Origin: a virus
Lineage: Duplodnaviria; Heunggongvirae; Uroviricota; Caudoviricetes
IMG/VR virus record: IMGVR_UViG_3300042891_002054
Direction: 5' to 3' (one strand)
Length of the DNA: 64,000 nt
Shown here: in pieces, positions 57,866-64,000 of the stretch
Layout of the letters: the number at the start of each line of letters is the position of its first letter
Numbering within the stretch: the first letter of the stretch is position 1
Made by a program: the position numbers and the translations under genes
The notes under the pieces: model-generated
Database searches by the model: none
The model's input: only the letters and a program-made list of their open reading frames with translations
What the model was told of the DNA's origin: nothing

Positions 57866-58306
57866 ATGGTAAAGCTTGAGCAAATAATTGAATATTGGAA
57901 AAAAGATGGACAGATTGATGAATCGAAACCTCACCAAGAATTAATCAACACACCAATCCTACATGCGAAATATGTTGAAATTTTATCTCAACATAGACTT
58001 GCTGCGCAAAAAGCAAAATTCGATTATTCTAAGATGAAAAAAATTCGTAGAGAATATTATCTAGGAAATTTAGATAAAGAAACATTAGACGAATATAATT
58101 GGGAACAATTTGATTTAAAAATTGGGACAAAAGGGAATATAGATTTATATCTAGAATCTGATGATTACTTAATTAGATTATTAGAAAAAAAAGCATACTA
58201 TGAAGAGTGCATTTTTATTTGTGAATCTATTTTAAAAGAATTAAACAACAGAACTTGGCAACTCAGAGAGTATCTTACTTACCATAGATTCTTGGCAGGA
58301 AACTGA
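57866..58306 (+). CDS. uvsY: recombination mediator UvsY
   Basis: W.KD..ID.......EL...P.LHAKY, EYY.G, I.KEL..RTWQ. Confidence 0.9.
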   Translation: MVKLEQIIEYWKKDGQIDESKPHQELINTPILHAKYVEILSQHRLAAQKAKFDYSKMKKIRREYYLGNLDKETLDEYNWEQFDLKIGTKGNIDLYLESDDYLIRLLEKKAYYEECIFICESILKELNNRTWQLREYLTYHRFLAGN

Positions 58307-59817
58307 TGATTATTGAAGTCAATAAAATAAATGAAACATACGCATTTTTACACTGCGATAGATCAATTGCACAAGAATTGAATGATTATTTTTCATTCTA
58401 TGCAACTGGGTATAAGTTCATGGCTGCTTATAAAAGCAGGTTATGGGATGGAAAAATTCGTCTAGCCAAAATATTACCAAATGGTGATGTTGAATTTTAT
58501 ATGGGTTTATTAAACCAACTTGAAGCATTTTGTAAAGACAGGGAATATTCTATTGAATATAATTATGTTGAAAATTATAATCCGGTCCAATCTTTAGAAT
58601 TACATAAATTTATTTCCGAATTAAATATACATTCTAATAACAATAAAATTGAAGTTAGAGATTATCAATTTAATGGAGTGTTAAATTTTCTCAACAATAA
58701 AAGATTAGTTTTATTGAGTCCAACTTCCAGCGGGAAAAGTTGCATTCTGTATATTATAGTTAGATATTTACTTCAATATGGAAAGAAAAAAGGTTTATTA
58801 TTAGTTCCAAATACAAGTTTATGTCATCAGTTAACATCAGATTTTGCAGATTATTCTTCACATAATGGTTGGGACGCTCATAATGAAATTCACACTATCT
58901 TTGCAGGTAAAGATAAAGTAGCCCGCAATTCGCTATATATTAGTACATGGCAATCATTACAAAATATAAAAGATAAATCGTATTTCGAACAATTCGATTT
59001 TGTATTAACTGATGAATGTCATTTAGCTGCAGCCAAATCGTTAACTGATATTATATCTAAATGCGTTAATGCTGACTATAGAGTTGGTGTTACAGGTACA
59101 TTAAATGGTCAAAAAATACATTCTCTTCAATTAGAAAGTTTATTTGGCCCAGTTAAACGGGTTATAACAACTAAAGAATTAATGGAGAAAAAACAGGTTA
59201 CCGAATTAGCCATTAAATGTCTTGTTTTAAAATATCCAGAACACTTAACTAAATTAACACAGAAATTAAAATATCAACAAGAATTAGAATATTTAATTTC
59301 TAATGAACAACGAAATAAATTTATAAAAAATTTAGTTCTTAGTTTAAAAGGTAATACATTATTACTCTACCAATATGTTGAGAAACATGGAGATGTATTA
59401 TACGATTTAATTTCTAAATCAAAATATGCAGCCGATAAACAAATTTATTATATACATGGAAATATAAAAGCTGAGGAAAGGGAATCTATTAGGAAAGCAA
59501 TGGAAACTCAAGATAATGTTATTTTAATTGGTAGTGTTGGTACAGTTTCTACTGGAACTAATATTAAAAATTTACATAATATTATTTTTGCTAGTCCAAG
59601 TAAATCAAGAGTTAGAAATCTTCAAGCAATTGGTCGAGTATTAAGATTAAATGAAAATAAAGATAAAGCTATCTTATATGATTTAGCTGATGATTTAAGG
59701 TATAAAAAGCATCAAAATTATACTATGACTCATTTCCAAGAACGTATCAAAATTTATAATGAAGAAAAATTTGATTTTAAAATTGTTAATGTTGAATTAA
59801 ATATTCCCCCTATATAA
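58306..59817 (+). CDS. uvsW: DNA helicase UvsW
   Basis: SPTSSGKS, DECH, G.TGT, STGTNIKNLH..IFASPSKS.VR.LQ.IGR.LR. Confidence 0.96.
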   Translation: MIIEVNKINETYAFLHCDRSIAQELNDYFSFYATGYKFMAAYKSRLWDGKIRLAKILPNGDVEFYMGLLNQLEAFCKDREYSIEYNYVENYNPVQSLELHKFISELNIHSNNNKIEVRDYQFNGVLNFLNNKRLVLLSPTSSGKSCILYIIVRYLLQYGKKKGLLLVPNTSLCHQLTSDFADYSSHNGWDAHNEIHTIFAGKDKVARNSLYISTWQSLQNIKDKSYFEQFDFVLTDECHLAAAKSLTDIISKCVNADYRVGVTGTLNGQKIHSLQLESLFGPVKRVITTKELMEKKQVTELAIKCLVLKYPEHLTKLTQKLKYQQELEYLISNEQRNKFIKNLVLSLKGNTLLLYQYVEKHGDVLYDLISKSKYAADKQIYYIHGNIKAEERESIRKAMETQDNVILIGSVGTVSTGTNIKNLHNIIFASPSKSRVRNLQAIGRVLRLNENKDKAILYDLADDLRYKKHQNYTMTHFQERIKIYNEEKFDFKIVNVELNIPPI

Positions 59818-59846
59818 TTATATGATGTTAGTTAATTGAGGATATT

Positions 59847-60236
59847 ATGATAGAAAATTTTAATATAAAAATTGTTAGAATGAAAAGCGGTGAAGATATT
59901 ATTGCTTTTGTTTTTGAAGATTATAAAAATAAAAAAATACACTTAAAATTCCCTAAAACTTTTTATTTTAATTATGACACTGATACCGAAGAAGAAGATT
60001 TGGTTTTAGTAGATTGGATGACAAGAAAAGCTTTTGCTTATCAAGAAGTTTATTTTTCAATGGATGAAATTCTATTTACAACTTATTCAAGTATTATGTT
60101 TGGGTATGAATACCTAGATGCATTACTACAAAATATGGATCCAACTTCGGAACTAGCAGCAAAAATCCAAGAAAGTATTGATGGGATTAAATCAGGTAGC
60201 GATTTAGATATTCCAGATGATACAACAATGCATTAA
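59847..60236 (+). CDS. conserved hypothetical protein downstream of uvsW
   Basis: IKIVRMKSGEDIIA pattern typical of T4-like Sm-like small proteins. Confidence 0.7.
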   Translation: MIENFNIKIVRMKSGEDIIAFVFEDYKNKKIHLKFPKTFYFNYDTDTEEEDLVLVDWMTRKAFAYQEVYFSMDEILFTTYSSIMFGYEYLDALLQNMDPTSELAAKIQESIDGIKSGSDLDIPDDTTMH

Positions 60237-60259
60237 CGTAATCAAGTACGATTAATTTA

Positions 60260-60343
60260 ATTCCCTACGGGAATCTGCTGCGCAGAAATCTAATTTGTTA
60301 CATTAATTATGTTTCGAAGGAACGACGAAGGAGTTCCGAAGAA
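60260..60343. repeat. second GNA mini-hairpin cluster
   Basis: ATTCCC-TAC-GGGAAT and TCTGC-TGC-GCAGA (GTA/GCA loops on the minus strand); CGAAG at 60315, 60326 and 60337 (11-nt spacing). Confidence 0.75.
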
Positions 60344-60356
60344 AACCCATAGTTGT

Positions 60357-60385
60357 ATAGTAACCTAAAACTTTTAATAAAGCAA
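60357..60385 (-). promoter_or_regulatory. promoter with TTAGGT element pointing into the non-coding hairpin cluster
   Basis: GC-TTGCTT-17 nt (ending TTAGGT)-TACTAT. Confidence 0.55.
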
Positions 60386-60551
60386 GCTATTTTTTGTAAG
60401 TTATTGATTTTTCTAGATACTTGTATATTCTCTAGTCAAGCGTTGATATATTAAAATTATATTAATATGTTTTATAGAATAAAATAAAAAGCTTTCTTTT
60501 TTTACTGAATCATAGTATAATAAAATTTATTAAAGTGTAATTGGAGTTATT

Positions 60552-61208
60552 ATGGAAGAGTTGAAATTTGATTTTGATATCGTTGAGGAAGATATTCCGG
60601 AACTAGTTGAAGAAATTTTTGAAGAGCCTGAAGAAAAAATACAACCCTCCAAAAGAAAAAAAGTTCCTAGAAATTATATTAATAATTCTGATTTTTGTGA
60701 TGCTCTTATAAAGTATAAAGAAGATTGTATTGTTGCTGAAACTGAAGGAAAATCCAAACCAAGGATACCGAATTATATTGGCGAATGTTTTATGAAATTA
60801 GCCGAGGGTTTAGCGCGTCGTCCAAATTTTTTCGGATATTCTTATAAAGATGAAATGATTGCTGATGGGATTGAGAATTGTTTAACATACTTTCAAAATT
60901 TTAACCCTGAAAAAACTAAAAATCCATTTGCTTATTTTACTCAAATTCTTTGGTGGTGTTTTGTTCGTAGGATTCAGAAAGAAAAAAAACAACAATATAT
61001 TAAATATAAAGCAACAGAAAACTTCGGTATATTAGATGAAGCTGAATTACTGGAACTAGGTGATGGTCAAATAAAACAGATAGAAGTATATGATAATATG
61101 TATGATTTTATTCAAAAATTTGAAGAAACTGAATTTAAAAAAATTAATAAAGCTGTTACACCCAAAAAGCAAAAAATTATTGGTGTAGAAAAATTCATGG
61201 AGGAATAA
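60552..61208 (+). CDS. 55: late sigma factor gp55
   Basis: NYINN.DF..AL..Y, IPNYIGECF.K.AEGL..RPNF.GY.YKDEMI.DG.EN, NPFAYFTQI...FVRRI.KEK.Q. Confidence 0.97.
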   Translation: MEELKFDFDIVEEDIPELVEEIFEEPEEKIQPSKRKKVPRNYINNSDFCDALIKYKEDCIVAETEGKSKPRIPNYIGECFMKLAEGLARRPNFFGYSYKDEMIADGIENCLTYFQNFNPEKTKNPFAYFTQILWWCFVRRIQKEKKQQYIKYKATENFGILDEAELLELGDGQIKQIEVYDNMYDFIQKFEETEFKKINKAVTPKKQKIIGVEKFMEE

Positions 61209-61311
61209 TGTATGATATAGACGCAATAATTTTTCATAATATATCCAAAAATATTTAATTACAGTAACTATTTATTTTTAATATTTTAACTTAATAAGGA
61301 GGTATGTCGCT

Positions 61312-62377
61312 ATGAAAATTTGTTTCTTAGGTGACACCCATTTTCGGTGCTAGAGGTGATAGTCAACATTTCCATGAATTTTTTGATCTATTCTATACAA
61401 ATGTATTTTTTCCCTATCTTATAGAAAATAATATAAAAATTGTAATCCAATTAGGTGATATTTTTGATCGCAGAAAATATAGTAATCATTATACTTTATC
61501 TGAATCTAAACGATATTTCTTTTCTAGGTTTGGTGAACTTGGTATTGAATTAGAAACATTACTCGGTAATCACGATTTATTTTATAAAGAATCTTTATCA
61601 GTTAGTTCCAGTGAATTGTTTTTAAAACAGTTTAAAAATGTCAATGTAATAAAAAACCCAACTCAGTTAAAGAAATTTGATATTTCTGTTATCCCATGGA
61701 TATGCAAAGAAAATTATGATGACTGTTTAAAATTTATTAAAAACGACACTTCCCATATGTGCGTTGGCCACTTTGAGATTGAAGGGTTTAAAATGTATCA
61801 GAGTAGCATTTTATCTGAACATGGTTTATCTGTAAAAATGTTTTCTAATTATGAACGAGTATTGTCTGGTCATTATCATCACGCATCTAAACGTGGTAAT
61901 ATTGAATATATTGGTACTCCCTATGAAATGACTTGGCAAGATTTTGGTGATCAAAAAGGTTTTAGAGTTTACGATTTAGAAACTAGGTCTTTAGAAATTA
62001 TTGAAAATCCATATTCAATATTTTGTAAAATACTTTATGATGATTCAGGTGAAACTGATATTGTTAAATCAACATATTTAGATAAAGAATATTTAAAAAA
62101 TGTTATTGGGAAATATGTTAAGATTCAGGTAAAAAACAAAACAAATCCTTATCTATTTGATTTATTCATAGATCAAGTCTATCAACATTCCCCTATTGAT
62201 GTTTCATTAACCGAAGAAATAGTTGATATTGAAATTGAAGAAGATGTGGACGAAACAGATGATACTTTAACTATCACCTACAAATATATTGATAGTATAA
62301 ATCAACAAGAATTAGATAAAAATAAATTAAAAGGTATGATGTCTAATTTGTATAATGAAGCGATGCAGGTTGAGTAA
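61312..62377 (+). CDS. 47: recombination nuclease gp47 (Mre11-like), reading frame interrupted at codon 11
   Basis: AAGGAGG RBS then MKICFLGDTH(F) in one frame; GARGDS..., LGDIFD, GNHD, GHFE, SGHYH, Y.GTPYE.TW.D in the +1 frame. Confidence 0.9.
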
Positions 62378-62577
62378 TGGTTATTTTTGAAAAAATACGG
62401 TTTAAAAATTTTTTATCATATGGTAACACTTTTACCGAAATCCCGTTGAATGTTGAAAGAACTACCCTGTCAACTGGTGTAAATGGGCAGGGTAAATGTG
62501 TTCATCCATCAACAAAAATTGATATTATATTCGATGATCCTGCAACGGAAAAATTATTTAAAGAATTTCTTTCCTAG
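62377..62577 (+). CDS. 46: gp46 (Rad50-like) N-extein (aa 1-40) fused to a 26-aa intein N-fragment
   Basis: F..IRFKNFLSYGN...G.NG.GK is the gp46 start; the Walker A Ser is replaced by intein block A CVHPSTKI, then a stop. Confidence 0.9.
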   Translation: MVIFEKIRFKNFLSYGNTFTEIPLNVERTTLSTGVNGQGKCVHPSTKIDIIFDDPATEKLFKEFLS

Positions 62578-62590
62578 ACCATTTAATTTT

Positions 62591-62598
62591 TATAAATA
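62591..62598 (+). promoter_or_regulatory. T4-type late promoter for the endonuclease ORF
   Basis: TATAAATA about 33 nt upstream of ATG 62631. Confidence 0.7.
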
Positions 62599-62630
62599 TA
62601 ATTATAAGTTATAAATTTTATGGTAATTAT

Positions 62631-63674
62631 ATGTCCGCGTTCAAGATAGATACATGGTTAAAGAAAGGTTATACTGAGGAAGAAGCAAAATATCAAATAA
62701 AAATTAGGAGACCGTGTAATATAGAATATTATATGCATAAATTTGGGGTTGATGTTGCTGAAGCTGAAGAAATGCGAAGAGCAAATCAACAAAAAGGTGC
62801 TAAAGTTGTATCCCAAAAACCAAAAGAGCAATTTAAACTAACATCACCTAGATGCGTTGAGTATTGGGTTAATCAAGGATTTTCGGCGTTAGAAGCAAAA
62901 GAAAAAGTATCTGAAATTCAATCTACTTTTTCTTTACAGAAATGTATTGATAAATATGGTCCAATTTTAGGAGTTGAAGTGTGGCAAACAAGACAAATTT
63001 CTTGGCAAAACACTTTAAATTCGAAATCTGTAGATGATAAGAAATCTATGAATTCTAAAAAAACTACGTTAAAATTGGATATATTTACCAATAAATATGG
63101 ACATAATATAGGTAGAGAAAAATTTATAGAGTGTTTAATTGCAAAAAATTGTAAAGTTTTTTATTCTTTAAACGAGTTAGAAAATTATCTATATGATACC
63201 GTACAAGAATTTGATTTATATTTACCATTAAATTATTTTAAAAAGAAATATTTAAAACTATATTACTTTGAATTATTTGATATGCCTACCAATATTAATT
63301 TTTGGTTAACATCTATTTTTAAATTTAAATCTACAACAAATCCAATAAAATTAACTGGAAAACATGGAAATTTTTTATATTCAATGGTTGTTGGTAAAAA
63401 ACTTTTACGATCTTCTAATGAAATTTTATTCTATAACCTTTTAATAGAACATGGTTTACAGTTAGATACAGATTTTATTATAGAAAAGTATTACCCAAAT
63501 TCTAAAATGAGGTGCGATTTTTATATTATAGAAACTGATACATGGATAGAATTAGCTGGATATTTTGATGAAGAATACTTACAAAAAATGAAATATAAAG
63601 AATCTACTTTTGGTTCTATTATATTGTATGATAAAACCCAATATAAACTTTTTATTGAAAATATACAAAAATAA
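62631..63674 (+). mobile_element. free-standing putative homing endonuclease (PD-(D/E)xK/Vsr-like C-terminal domain) inside fractured gp46
   Basis: Repeats W.KKGY.EEEA, YW..QG....EA and KYG...G..; C-terminal SSNE..FY.LL...RCDFYI.....WIELAG. Confidence 0.75.
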
Positions 63675-63676
63675 TT

Positions 63677-64000
63677 ATGGAAACTACAGTTGGTGATGTT
63701 GTAAAATTTTACGAAAAATATCCTGCAATGCGCGGTAAACTTTCTGTAAAAACTCGATTTGGATATAAAATTATTGAAGGAGCAGCTTTAACTGCAAAAC
63801 ACTCTCAAGTCTTAAAATTTAAAGTTGATTCTGGAAATCAAATAAAAGTTTCCCCCGATCATTTAATGTTAAGTAATAATTGTGAATGGAAACCGAGTAA
63901 AACTTTAACTGTGGGAGATTTTCTTTTTACTGAAAATGGTCCTGTTAAAATTACTTCTATAAAAATGCTTAAATCGAAAGAAGATCTTTTCGATTTGCAA
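63677..64000 (+). CDS. 46: intein C-fragment of split gp46 (runs off the window; block G and C-extein not visible)
   Basis: Manual translation METTVGDVVKFYEKYP...VKTRFGYKII...IKVSPDHL (block B TxxH-like)...KTLTVGD...DLFDLQ (block F-like). Confidence 0.8.
   Translation, partial: METTVGDVVKFYEKYPAMRGKLSVKTRFGYKIIEGAALTAKHSQVLKFKVDSGNQIKVSPDHLMLSNNCEWKPSKTLTVGDFLFTENGPVKITSIKMLKSKEDLFDLQ

Noticed and set aside
60410-60442. Additional GCTTGACT minus-strand promoter
   Set aside because: No acceptable -10 hexamer at 16-18 nt spacing (CTAGAA/TAGAAA).
61331-61333. GTG start for gp47 proposed by the ORF track
   Set aside because: It would delete the catalytic D-x-H motif; the strong RBS is spaced for ATG 61312.
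62578-63676. Group I intron as the explanation for the gp46 interruption
   Set aside because: Only about 53 nt and 2 nt of AT-rich non-coding sequence flank the endonuclease ORF, too little for an intron core. The N-part has its own stop and the C-part its own ATG, which fits protein trans-splicing.
1-64000. tRNA or rRNA genes
   Set aside because: No cloverleaf with TTC(G/A)A T-loop and CCA end, and no rRNA-like segment, was recognised by eye; tRNAscan-SE or ARAGORN would be decisive.

Overview
A 64-kb, strongly AT-rich segment of a large T4-like myovirus genome. Positions 1-17 kb hold small accessory ORFs plus RNase H, topoisomerase II (gp52 and gp39/60), phoH, an exonuclease, gp33, gp59 and gp32. 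Positions 17.7-55 kb hold the virion module: a tape-measure-like gene, gp26, gp54, gp2, gp4, gp48, gp53, hub, gp5, gp25, gp6-8, a VrlC-like pair and gp13-gp23. Positions 57-64 kb hold gp3, uvsY, uvsW, gp55, gp47 and the start of gp46. The most notable observations are: (1) gp46 is fractured by what looks like an atypically split intein (26-aa N-fragment), with a free-standing endonuclease gene between the halves. (2) An antisense, sigma70-driven TET/JBP dioxygenase plus P-loop kinase pair suggests DNA base hypermodification. (3) A lambda G/GT-like -1 slippery site joins gp26 to a gp51-like frame just upstream of the tape measure gene. (4) gp47 needs a +1 shift at UUU-CGG, which is either recoding or a sequence error. 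(5) A promoter-driven, ORF-free, structured RNA candidate of about 300 nt lies next to GNA mini-hairpin clusters. (6) Four promoters share a TTAGGT element abutting the -10 box. All calls come from motif recognition by eye; no database searches were run.
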